NCBI GenBank assembly: GCA_046758705.1 | Contig: JBHIAT010000078.1 | Span: 1 to 15,767 of the forward strand | DNA length: 15,767 nt | Reading direction: 5' to 3' | From: Candidatus Bipolaricaulia bacterium | GTDB taxonomy: Bacteria > Bipolaricaulota > Bipolaricaulia > JBHIAT01 | Shown here: in pieces, positions 7,053-15,548 of the stretch | Layout of the letters: each line of letters starts with the position of its first letter | Position numbering within the stretch: position 1 is the stretch's first letter | The notes under the pieces: model-generated | Databases searched by the model: none | Seen by the model: the letters and a program-made list of their open reading frames with translations, nothing else | Told to the model about the DNA's origin: nothing | Position numbers and translations under genes: made by a program

Positions 7053-8255
7053 GTGCGCAAAGCAAGATTTCGCTGGTGGCACCCCCCCAGATCGGTCCAT
7101 GAGGAGAGAGATGAGGAACGCCGCGTCACTTGGCTCGAGCTGTTCCATGACCTGGTGTACGTAGTGATCATCGCCGAGCTCGCACATTCGCTATCCGAAC
7201 ACGTCAACCTTAAAGGCATCGGAACTTTTGTCTTTCTGTTTATCCCCGTTTGGTGGGCATGGATCAACGGCACCTACTATCACGACCTCCATGGAACGCG
7301 CGACATCAGTATCCGCATCTTTACCTTTCTCCAGATGTTCGCCGTTGCGGCAATGGCCATCTTTGCTCATGACGCCTTGGGGGAAACCTCAACTGGTTTT
7401 GCGCTCGCCTATGCCGCCCATCACTCCCTGCTGATCTACATGTGGTGGCGTGCCGGGTGGCATGACGCTCTGCACCGGTCGATCACGAACCGCTATAACG
7501 TCGGCTACTCTGTTTCGGTGCTGCTGTTTGTCATCTCCGTATTTGTGTCGGTGCCGTTGCGCTTCGTTCTTTGGGGGGTGGCCCTGTTTACCGACCTCAT
7601 CACCCCGACGGCCTCGCTTCCCCTGCAAAGGGATGACCCCGCCTGGGGAATCCCCTCCGCTTCGCTCATCGAACGCTTTGGCCTGTTCACGATCATCGTC
7701 TTAGGGGAGTCGATTGTGGGGGTGGTGCAGGGCGTCGCGGAACAGCTTCCTTTGACGGTCGATGTCGGCCTGTCCGGCGCGCTGGGGATGGTGCTCGCCT
7801 TTGGGCTATGGTGGACCTACTTTGACTTCGTCTTTAACCGCCCAGTCAAACCTGGAGTAGGATGGCAGGTGCTTTGGACCTACGGCCACCTGCCGATGGT
7901 GATCGGCATTACGGCCGTCGGGGCGGGCGTGCTGAACGTCGTTGCGCACGAAGGGCTGTCTCTACCAAACGAAGTTCGCTGGCTGCTGACCGGTGCGATC
8001 ACGTTGACGCTCACGTTCATTGGCGTCCTCATGCAGATCCCGCGCATCGATGAAGCGATCAAGAGGAGCTATCGTGTAGGGACCCTCCTTTTGCTGAGTG
8101 CAGGCATCGCTGCCATTGCTGTAGGGGTGTGGGGAGGTTCGCTCACGCCTGTGACGTTGCTCACCGTCCTGCTTGTGCTGATGCTCATCCCCATCGTTTA
8201 TAGCGTATATGTCTGGTTGAAGACGCGCATCGCCGATGAGCTTAGCTTGACGTGA
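7053..8255 (+). CDS. ltrA: Low temperature requirement protein A (LtrA) family membrane protein
   Basis: RRVTWLELFHDLVYV, WWAW, ERFGLFTIIVLGESI, WWTYF and YGHLP motifs; many hydrophobic segments. GTG 7053 follows GAAAGGA and is preferred over ATG 6981. Confidence 0.9.
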   Translation: MRKARFRWWHPPRSVHEERDEERRVTWLELFHDLVYVVIIAELAHSLSEHVNLKGIGTFVFLFIPVWWAWINGTYYHDLHGTRDISIRIFTFLQMFAVAAMAIFAHDALGETSTGFALAYAAHHSLLIYMWWRAGWHDALHRSITNRYNVGYSVSVLLFVISVFVSVPLRFVLWGVALFTDLITPTASLPLQRDDPAWGIPSASLIERFGLFTIIVLGESIVGVVQGVAEQLPLTVDVGLSGALGMVLAFGLWWTYFDFVFNRPVKPGVGWQVLWTYGHLPMVIGITAVGAGVLNVVAHEGLSLPNEVRWLLTGAITLTLTFIGVLMQIPRIDEAIKRSYRVGTLLLLSAGIAAIAVGVWGGSLTPVTLLTVLLVLMLIPIVYSVYVWLKTRIADELSLT

Positions 8256-8376
8256 ATCGTGCTGATGTGGGCCTTTGGGAGAGGAGGTACAACGATACCG
8301 GGTACCGGGCAATCCCACCGGGATGTGTTGAGATGGCACGTTGTTCTGGTACACGGATTTGCGCCGTGAGACCGGA

Positions 8377-9813
8377 TTAGTCAGGCTGTTTGGCTGTCTC
8401 CCGAATCTGCTGCCAAGCCCGATCGACATGATGTGCCTCGGTATGGGTCTGGCCAACGCAAAACCGCAGCGTGTATTGCTCGTTTAGCTTTGTATGGGTC
8501 AAATACAATTTACCACTTCGATTAAGCTGATCTAACAACCGTCGGTTGATCTCGTCCCCACCCACGTGTCGAAAGCAAACCAGGTTCAATGGCGGGGACA
8601 CAGCCAGTTCGAACCGATCGTCCTCCTGGACCCATCGGGCGAAATTCTGAGCCAGTTGGACGTGGCGTCTGATGTGATGGCGCAAGCCTTCCACCCCGTA
8701 ATGGCGAATGACAAACCAGAGTTTCAAGGAACGGAAGCGTCGACCAAGGGGGATGTGCCAGTCTCGATAATCGATGACAGCCCCGGACTCGGTGGCCTGA
8801 TTGCGCAGATACTCTGGGAGCACACTCAGCGTCTCGATCAAAGCCGCTCGGTCGGCCACATAAAAGCAATCACAATCGAAATTGGTGAACATCCACTTGT
8901 GAGGGTTAAAGCAATAACTGTCGGCGGACTCCATGCCGTCATGGAGGTAGCGATACTCCGGGCAGATAGCGGCCGTACCGGACATCGCGGCGTCAACGTG
9001 AAGCCAGACGCCTTCCTCGCGGCAGATCCGACCGATCTCCGGCAGTGGATCGATGGCGGTTGAAGATGTGGTCCCTAAAGTTGCACACACGAAGCAGGGA
9101 ATCAGGCCTGCCTGACGGTCCTGTTTGATCTGCTTGGTCAGTGCGTCGGGCCGCATCGCAAAGCGATCATCGACCTCAATCAGTCGAAGGTTCTGGCTGC
9201 CCAATCCGGCGATCTTGACCGCTTTCTCGATGGAAGAGTGCGCTTGCGTGGAGGCATAGGTGGTAAGACGTCCATCGCAGCCCCGTTGGTTGCTCTGGTA
9301 GTCCGTGGCGCGTTCGCGGGCCGCCAGAAGGGCACAGAGGGATGCACTGGAAGCAGTGTCCTGGATGACTCCGCCCCCGGTCCCCTCAGACTTGAACTTC
9401 GGAGGCAGGTCAAGCATATCCACCAACCAGTCGAGCACATGCGTCTCTAACTCTGTGCAAGCTGGACTCGTCGCCCATAACATGCCTTGGATCCCAAGGC
9501 CGGCCGAAAGCAACTCCCCCAGTATCGCAGGTCCTGAGGCGTTTGCCGGGAAGAAGGCGAAGAAATTGGGCGACTGCCAATGGGTGACTCCAGGAAGGAT
9601 CAACTCCTCGACATCTCTGAGAATGTTCTCAAAGGCTTCGCCCTGAAGCGGCGGCTCGGAAGGAAGCGAGGCGCGAATCTGCCCCGGCTGAGTTTGGGAT
9701 AAAACCGCAAATGACTCGATGTTCTGATAATAATCGGCGATCCAATCCACCACCGCCCGACCATACTGGCGGAACTCTTCTGGAGTCATATGAAAACTCT
9801 TCTCTGCAGACAT
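8377..9813 (-). CDS. Group II PLP-dependent decarboxylase (aromatic-L-amino-acid/DOPA decarboxylase-like)
   Basis: PGVTHWQSPNFFAFFP, WATSPACTELE, HVDAA, NPHKW (PLP lysine) and DWHIPLGRRFRSLKLW. ATG 9813 follows GAAAGGAAGAG. Confidence 0.95.
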   Translation of the reverse strand: MSAEKSFHMTPEEFRQYGRAVVDWIADYYQNIESFAVLSQTQPGQIRASLPSEPPLQGEAFENILRDVEELILPGVTHWQSPNFFAFFPANASGPAILGELLSAGLGIQGMLWATSPACTELETHVLDWLVDMLDLPPKFKSEGTGGGVIQDTASSASLCALLAARERATDYQSNQRGCDGRLTTYASTQAHSSIEKAVKIAGLGSQNLRLIEVDDRFAMRPDALTKQIKQDRQAGLIPCFVCATLGTTSSTAIDPLPEIGRICREEGVWLHVDAAMSGTAAICPEYRYLHDGMESADSYCFNPHKWMFTNFDCDCFYVADRAALIETLSVLPEYLRNQATESGAVIDYRDWHIPLGRRFRSLKLWFVIRHYGVEGLRHHIRRHVQLAQNFARWVQEDDRFELAVSPPLNLVCFRHVGGDEINRRLLDQLNRSGKLYLTHTKLNEQYTLRFCVGQTHTEAHHVDRAWQQIRETAKQPD

Positions 9814-9909
9814 CTCTCTTCCTTTCTCAAAGTTGTATTCCAGATGTCCTGAGTATATCCTGAAACGGATGTCTGGCGCATCTTCAAGCCCAGGAGGAGA
9901 GAGCGAATC

Positions 9910-10764
9910 ATGGTATTGTCCGATCTCGATGCACGAATCAGCGAACTGCAACCTAATACGATCACCGTACTGGGTTTACCGCTCGATGAGAACTCATCGT
10001 TCATGCATGGACCGGCGCTGGCACCAACGCGCATTCGCGAAGTGCTGCATACAGGCTCCACTAACCTCTGCGCCGAGAGCGGCCTCGATCTGGCTACCGA
10101 GCCGTGCTGGCAAGATCTGGGCGACTTGACATTGCCCAGTAGCATGACCGCTTTTACGGAGATCGAGCAGGCTATTACTCAGCTGCTGAACCGTGATGCG
10201 AGTGCACTCTCCTTAGGCGGAGATCATTCCGTTACTTACCCGATCTTGCGTGCTTACGCTCAAAAATACCCCGAGCTGAACGTTCTTCAATTGGACGCAC
10301 ACCCAGATCTCTACGACGAATGGGCAGGCAATCGTTACTCCCATGCCTGTCCATTTGCACGTATTATGGAGGAGCAGTTGGTGGCGCGATTGGTGCAGGT
10401 TGGTATCCGTACGATGAACCCCCATCAGCGCAGACAGGCTGAACGTTTCGGTGTCGAAGTGATCGAAATGCGTGATTGGCGTCCCGACATATCCTTGGAT
10501 TTCGACGGTCCGGTCTATCTATCACTTGACATAGACGTACTGGATCCGGCCTTTGCACCCGGCATTTCTCACCATGAACCCGGAGGGCTCACGACACGTG
10601 ATGTTTTGGTCATCATTCAAAACTTGAACGCCCCGATCGTTGGTGCTGACATCGTCGAATTCAATCCTAAGCGTGATCCGATGGGCATCACAGCTATGGT
10701 GGCTGTCAAGTTCTTGAAAGAAATCGTTGCGCAGATGCTGGAGAAAATCGCAGGAGGCAGGTAG
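9910..10764 (+). CDS. speB: Agmatinase/ureohydrolase (arginase family)
   Basis: GGDHS, DAHPD, SHACPF, SLDIDVLDPAFAPG and PGGL metal-binding motifs; AGGAGG RBS. The family is secure, the exact substrate is not. Confidence 0.85.
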   Translation: MVLSDLDARISELQPNTITVLGLPLDENSSFMHGPALAPTRIREVLHTGSTNLCAESGLDLATEPCWQDLGDLTLPSSMTAFTEIEQAITQLLNRDASALSLGGDHSVTYPILRAYAQKYPELNVLQLDAHPDLYDEWAGNRYSHACPFARIMEEQLVARLVQVGIRTMNPHQRRQAERFGVEVIEMRDWRPDISLDFDGPVYLSLDIDVLDPAFAPGISHHEPGGLTTRDVLVIIQNLNAPIVGADIVEFNPKRDPMGITAMVAVKFLKEIVAQMLEKIAGGR

Positions 10765-10809
10765 ATCCGTCATCTCCTGCTTCTTAACTAAAGAAAGGAG
10801 CAAACTGTC

Positions 10810-11799
10810 ATGGAGTATACGTATCTCGGCCGTACCGGCCTGAAAGTCAGCCGCCTGTGCCTGGGAACGATGAACTTCGGCGGAATCACCGACGAAGCCG
10901 ATGCTCATGCCATCATGGATCGGGCGTTGGAACTCGGCATCAACTTCTTTGATACAGCAAACGTCTATGGCTACACACCCGCTAAAGGCCATCGAGGCGC
11001 GACCGAAGAGATCATCAGCCGCTGGTTTGCAAACGGTGGTGGACGTCGGGAACGGGTCGTCATCGCCACTAAAGTCTATGGTGCCATGGGTGAATGGATG
11101 GATTGGCCGAACGAATCGCGGCTGTCAGCCCGGCATATCAAGTACGCCTGCGAAGCGAGTCTGCGCCGCCTACAAACGGACTACATCGACCTGTACCAGA
11201 TGCACCACATCGACCGCAACACGCCCTGGGAAGAGATCTGGCAAGCGATGGAGCAGCTGGTGCGCGAGGGCAAGGTGCTTTATATCGGCAGCAGCAACTT
11301 CGCCGGGTGGCACATCACACAGGCCAACGAGATCGCTAAAGCACGCCACTTCATGGGCCTTGTCTCCGAACAGAGCCTTTACAATCTCACAGCGCGCACG
11401 GTCGAAATGGATGTGCTCCCGGCTTGTGAATTCTATGGTCTCGGCGTCATTCCCTGGAGTCCGCTGGCCGGCGGACTACTCGGCGGCATCATCAAAAAGG
11501 AGGAGGGACACCGCCGGATGGAGGAATACATCCAGGAGCGGGTTGAGAGATTGCACCCCCAGTTGGAGCAGTACGAAGCCTTCTGCGACGAGATCGGTGA
11601 AAAACCAGCTGACGTCGCCCTGGCATGGTTGCTGCATCAGCCCACTGTTACCGCGCCGATCATCGGCCCGCGCATCATGGAACAGCTTGACGGCAGCCTG
11701 CGCGCGTTGGAGATCGAGCTGAGCGAGGCGCACCTCGCCAACCTCGACGAGATCTGGCCCGGTCCCGGCGACCCCTCACCTGAAGCCTATGCCTGGTAA
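10810..11799 (+). CDS. Aldo/keto reductase
   Basis: LGRTGLKVSRLCLGTMNFG, FFDTANVYG, IATK, LQTDYIDLYQMH and WSPLAGGLL motifs; AAAGGAG RBS. Confidence 0.95.
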   Translation: MEYTYLGRTGLKVSRLCLGTMNFGGITDEADAHAIMDRALELGINFFDTANVYGYTPAKGHRGATEEIISRWFANGGGRRERVVIATKVYGAMGEWMDWPNESRLSARHIKYACEASLRRLQTDYIDLYQMHHIDRNTPWEEIWQAMEQLVREGKVLYIGSSNFAGWHITQANEIAKARHFMGLVSEQSLYNLTARTVEMDVLPACEFYGLGVIPWSPLAGGLLGGIIKKEEGHRRMEEYIQERVERLHPQLEQYEAFCDEIGEKPADVALAWLLHQPTVTAPIIGPRIMEQLDGSLRALEIELSEAHLANLDEIWPGPGDPSPEAYAW

Positions 11800-11842
11800 C
11801 AGCACACAGGAGGATGATCAGGCGCTGGACAAGAGGTCAGAA

Positions 11843-12445
11843 ATGAAGCTATTCAATGTCATAAAACTGCCCAACATTATAATTATAAAACTGTCCAATA
11901 TATTTGTTCCCTGGTTTACAGAAGAAGTGGCCAGAGAGAATCAGTTTGTTGAACCGAATTTTAAATTAGGGCAGTTCTTTTTCGACAAGCGTACCGCTGT
12001 GGTACTCGTCGATGTACTGGATACCTACCAAAATCCCTGCTGTCTTTGTACGCCACGTTTAGCTCAAGAGTGGATGGACCGCGGACGTATCGTGCGTCTG
12101 CTTGATATCGACCGGCGCTTTCAATATCTGCCGGGATATCGCTTTTACAATTTTAAAAGACCAACAACGCTACATGAAGAGTTTGACGTAATTATCTGTG
12201 ACCCTCCTCGGTTTTCCGCAGCCAAACTGAAAATTTCAGTGGATATCTTGACGAAAAATATTCAAGATCAAGCCTTATTCATCCTGTTTCCCGTGAGCAG
12301 GGAGTCTAAACTGTTGCACGCGTTCTCCGATTATAATTTACAACCGACTGAATTTCCTATTGCACATAACAATGTCAAAAAAGAGCACGCGCATCTTTTT
12401 AAGTTGTATGGGAATCGCCCATTGAAGTCGCCGGAGAGTTCATAG
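11843..12445 (+). CDS. Putative N6-adenine/lysine methyltransferase of the ZCCHC4/EEF1AKMT1 (N6-adenineMlase-like) family
   Basis: GQFFFDKRT...LVDVL...CCLCTPRL...LLDIDRRF...FYNF...FDVIICDPPR follows the motif order of this family. ATG 11843 follows AGAGG; the start is uncertain. Confidence 0.7.
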   Translation: MKLFNVIKLPNIIIIKLSNIFVPWFTEEVARENQFVEPNFKLGQFFFDKRTAVVLVDVLDTYQNPCCLCTPRLAQEWMDRGRIVRLLDIDRRFQYLPGYRFYNFKRPTTLHEEFDVIICDPPRFSAAKLKISVDILTKNIQDQALFILFPVSRESKLLHAFSDYNLQPTEFPIAHNNVKKEHAHLFKLYGNRPLKSPESS

Positions 12446-12513
12446 TATTCTCTTCGTTGGTACAGTCTTTCCTACCTTGTTTCAGTGACACACAGCGAAG
12501 GAGGTGAAATAGG

Positions 12514-14040
12514 GTGTCCTTCGAATTTGAACTTGAAGAGATGACGATCCCCGAACTACAGGAAAAGATGGAATCGGGCACCTACAGCGCTCGTCAGATC
12601 ACCGAAATGTACCTTGAGCGGATCGAGAAACTCGATAAACAGGGGCCAGCGGTCAACGCCATTCTCGAACTAAATCCCGATGCGCTGGAGATCGCCGATT
12701 CGCTTGACGAAGAGCGTAAAGCGAAAGGTGCCCGCGGTCCACTGCATGGTATCCCTGTTGTGCTCAAAGATAACATCGACACGGCCGACCAAACGACGAC
12801 CACAGCCGGCTCACTCGCCCTCGCCGGTTCCATCCCCCTTCAGGATGCCTTTTTAGTGGGAAAACTTCGTGAAGCGGGTGCGGTGGTTCTCGGCAAGGCA
12901 AACCTCAGCGAGTGGGCCAACTTCCGGTCGGACCACTCCACCAGCGGCTGGAGCAGTCGCGGCGGTCAAACCCGCAATCCCTATGCTCTGGATCGAAACC
13001 CCTGCGGCTCCAGCTCAGGATCGGCGGTGGCCGTCGCGGCGAATCTTTGTGCTGTGGCCATTGGAACCGAAACAGATGGATCGATCATTTGCCCCTCGTC
13101 GGCCAATTCCATCGTCGGGATCAAACCGACACTGGGTCTGGTGAGCCGGTCTGGTATCATTCCGATCGCTCACAGTCAGGATACAGCTGGTCCGATGGCC
13201 CGAACCGTGACGGACGCGGCAGTTCTGCTCGGTGCGCTGACCGGCGTGGATCCACGGGACTCTGTCACCCAAGAGAGTCAGGGACAGTCTTATACCGATT
13301 ACACCCAGTTCCTGGACTCGAACGGCCTGCGGGGAGCGAGAATCGGCGTCGCACGCAACTTCTTCGGCTTTAACGAGAAGGTAGATCAGATCATGGATGC
13401 GGCGATCGAAGAGATGAAGCACCTCGGGGCCGAAATTGTCGATCCAGTGGATATCGAAACCGCCGGGCAGCTTAGGGAAACAGAACTTGAGGTGTTGTAC
13501 TACGAATTCAAAACCGATCTCAACAACTACCTGGCGGGATTGGGACCCGATGCCCCGGTACGTTCTCTAAAGGAGATCGTCGATTTTAACGAGCGAAATC
13601 GAGACACAGTGATGCCATACTTCGGTCAGGAGCACATGCTGAGGGCAGAAGAGAAAGGTTCGTTGACGAGCGAAGATTACATCGAAGCTCTGCAGAAAAA
13701 CCATCGGCTTACCAGGGAAGAGGGCATCGACGCGACATTGCGTAAGCATCGACTCGACGCCATCGTTGCACCGAGTGGAGGTCCAGCGTGGCTGACCGAC
13801 TGGGTCAACGGAGACCACCATATAGGCGGCAGTTCGTCCCCTGCCGCCGTGGCCGGTTATCCCAATGTCACGATTCCGGTCGGATATATATACGGCCTTC
13901 CCGTTGGTATCTCCTTTTTCACAGGAGCTTACCAAGAGCCGGTGCTCATCAAGCTGGCTTACGCTTTTGAGCAGGCGGCCCAGGTGCGCCAGCCACCGCA
14001 GTTCTTGGCCACTGCAAATTTAAATCTGGGTAGCCGATAA
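12514..14040 (+). CDS. Amidase signature family enzyme (peptide amidase-like)
   Basis: GPLHGIPVVLKDNI (Lys), GSSSGS and GTETDGSI give the Ser-cisSer-Lys triad; GTG start after AAGGAGGTGA. Confidence 0.95.
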   Translation: MSFEFELEEMTIPELQEKMESGTYSARQITEMYLERIEKLDKQGPAVNAILELNPDALEIADSLDEERKAKGARGPLHGIPVVLKDNIDTADQTTTTAGSLALAGSIPLQDAFLVGKLREAGAVVLGKANLSEWANFRSDHSTSGWSSRGGQTRNPYALDRNPCGSSSGSAVAVAANLCAVAIGTETDGSIICPSSANSIVGIKPTLGLVSRSGIIPIAHSQDTAGPMARTVTDAAVLLGALTGVDPRDSVTQESQGQSYTDYTQFLDSNGLRGARIGVARNFFGFNEKVDQIMDAAIEEMKHLGAEIVDPVDIETAGQLRETELEVLYYEFKTDLNNYLAGLGPDAPVRSLKEIVDFNERNRDTVMPYFGQEHMLRAEEKGSLTSEDYIEALQKNHRLTREEGIDATLRKHRLDAIVAPSGGPAWLTDWVNGDHHIGGSSSPAAVAGYPNVTIPVGYIYGLPVGISFFTGAYQEPVLIKLAYAFEQAAQVRQPPQFLATANLNLGSR

Positions 14041-14050
14041 GGAGATGATC

Positions 14051-14407
14051 ATGGATCGCAACGAATTCGGGTCGTGGATTGAAGGTTACATCAAAGCGTG
14101 GAACTCCAACGATCCCGAAGAGATTGGAGGACTGTTTGCTGAGGACGGGCTTTATTACACCGAACCCTATGCCGAGCCGTGGCGAGGTCGCCAAGAGATC
14201 GTGACCGAATGGTTAGGTCGGAAGGACGAGCCGGGAACTTTCGAGTTTCGCTATGAGATCCTGGGAGTATATGACAATTTGAGCGTCCTGCGCGGTTGGA
14301 CCAAATATCTTGATCCGGTGAAGGAATACAGCAACATCTGGATCGTGCGTCTCAACGAAAACGGCCAATGTACCGAGTTTACCGAATTCTGGATGAAACA
14401 TGAGTAA
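14051..14407 (+). CDS. SnoaL-like / NTF2 family protein
   Basis: WIEGYIKAWNSNDPEEIGGLFAEDGLYYTEP...GRQEIVTEW...GQCTEFTEFW; AAGGAG RBS overlapping the amidase stop. Confidence 0.88.
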   Translation: MDRNEFGSWIEGYIKAWNSNDPEEIGGLFAEDGLYYTEPYAEPWRGRQEIVTEWLGRKDEPGTFEFRYEILGVYDNLSVLRGWTKYLDPVKEYSNIWIVRLNENGQCTEFTEFWMKHE

Positions 14408-14424
14408 ATTAGCAAACTACTTCA

Positions 14425-14696
14425 AAGGGATATGATCCCCAGGGAGGATACTGGCGGGGCAGCGTCTGGGCACCGACAACCACCATGATGATCCGCGGTC
14501 TTGAGCACTATGGCCATCACAAACTCGCCCGCGAGATCGCGTCGAATCACCTTCACAACCTCGTCAACGTGCACAAGACAACGGGCACGATCTGGGAGAG
14601 AACTATGCCCCGGATCGGGTGGCACCGGGGAAGCCGGCCAAACCGGATTTCGTCGGATGGAGCGGCCTCGGCCCAATTCTGTATCTGATCGAACAC
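14425..14696 (+). pseudogene. Internal/C-terminal fragment of a GH63/MGH1-like (trehalase-like) glycoside hydrolase, frameshifted
   Basis: GYDPQGGYWRGSVWAPT..MMIRGLEHYG...TGTIWE, then a 2-nt AG duplication at 14597-14600, then NYAPD...PDFVGWSGLGPILYLIE. The YWRG.VW, WENY and FVGW motifs fit this family. Confidence 0.8.
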
Positions 14697-14974
14697 CCCA
14701 GCGATTCGAGCCGCAGAAGCCGCAGGAGTTAAATTTACCGTTCATCCATATGAACTCGATCGTCGACCGAGCGATTCCTACGGCGTGGAGGTGGCACACG
14801 CTTTGGGCGTCGATCCAGCACAAGTGTTCAAAACGCTCGTCGCCAAGCTCGACTCAGACCGCCTGGTCGTGGCCGTGATTCCGGTTTCATCTACGCTTGA
14901 TCTGAAGGCTTTGGCCACCACTTTTGGCACGAAACGCGCTGCGATGGCCTCGCCGTCAGAGGCAGAGCGTGCGA
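14695..14974 (+). pseudogene. ybaK: Truncated YbaK Cys-tRNA(Pro) deacylase
   Basis: TPAIRAAEAAGVKFTVHPYE...VFKTLV...VIPVSSTLDLKALA...MASPSEAERA. It lacks the start Met and the C-terminal GY..GGISP loop. Confidence 0.85.
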
Positions 14975-14975
14975 G

Positions 14976-15218
14976 AGGATCATTGGGGTTCACCCCGAGA
15001 CCCAGGGTAAAGGCCATAGGCGGGCGTTACTCAACGCAATCCATGCGCTGTCTGAAGCGCATCCGACATCAATCGGTGTAGCTCTAGACACGGAGAACCC
15101 GGTCAATGTGCCCCTGTATAAGCATTTTGGTTATCGGATAGTTAAAAAGACTAAACTGGACGATGTAGATGTGTGGTGTATGTTTAGACCCAACGGAGCG
15201 GAGGATGTGGTAAAGTGA
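14976..15218 (+). pseudogene. C-terminal half of a GNAT N-acetyltransferase
   Basis: IIGVHPETQGKGHRRALL (motif A QxxG) ... LDTENPVNVPLYKHFGY (motif B), stop at 15216-15218; no N-terminus. Not in the ORF track. Confidence 0.85.
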
Positions 15219-15428
15219 AAATTCACTTCATTCGACATGCAACATTGGTCATCTCTCTCAATGGAATCAACCTATTGGTTGATCCAATGCTAAGCCCTGC
15301 AAAATCACTGGATCCTATCTCGAATTCTCCTAATCCACAGCGAAATCCACTCGTTGAGCTTCCGTTTGATGAGCAGACACTCGATCAGCTTCTCGGACAG
15401 GTTGATGCTCTTCTCGTGACCCACTTAC
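15215..15428 (+). pseudogene. MBL-fold metallo-hydrolase interrupted by an IS
   Basis: MKIHFIRHAT...LLVDPML...RNPLVELP...DALLVTHL breaks inside the expected THxHxDH motif. The GTG start is coupled to the GNAT stop (GTGA). Confidence 0.85.
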
Positions 15429-15500
15429 CGAATTTCGGCGCAGAAGGCCCCTGCCTTTAGCTTTAGACATGAGGATGAATGCACCGCCAGCCCTTCGGGT

Positions 15501-15529
15501 TTGACTTTTCCCTCCCCTCTGAGTATGAT
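15501..15529 (+). promoter_or_regulatory. Sigma70 promoter for tnpB
   Basis: TTGACT (15501-15506), 17-nt spacer, TATGAT (15524-15529); GGAG at 15540-15543. Confidence 0.75.
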
Positions 15530-15548
15530 TAAGCTAATCGGAGCAACG

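Noticed and set aside
8276-8369. Orphan RBS (GAGGAGGT) and TACCGGG tandem repeat after ltrA
   Set aside because: Followed by ATA rather than a normal start and only a short frame; at most a remnant.
9814-9951. 46-aa N-terminal extension of the decarboxylase
   Set aside because: Overlaps the divergent agmatinase start; ATG 9813 has an RBS and matches the family N-terminus.
14785-15081. Intact 98-aa YbaK protein
   Set aside because: The real frame begins near 14695 without a start codon, and the last ~35 residues are out-of-frame GNAT sequence.
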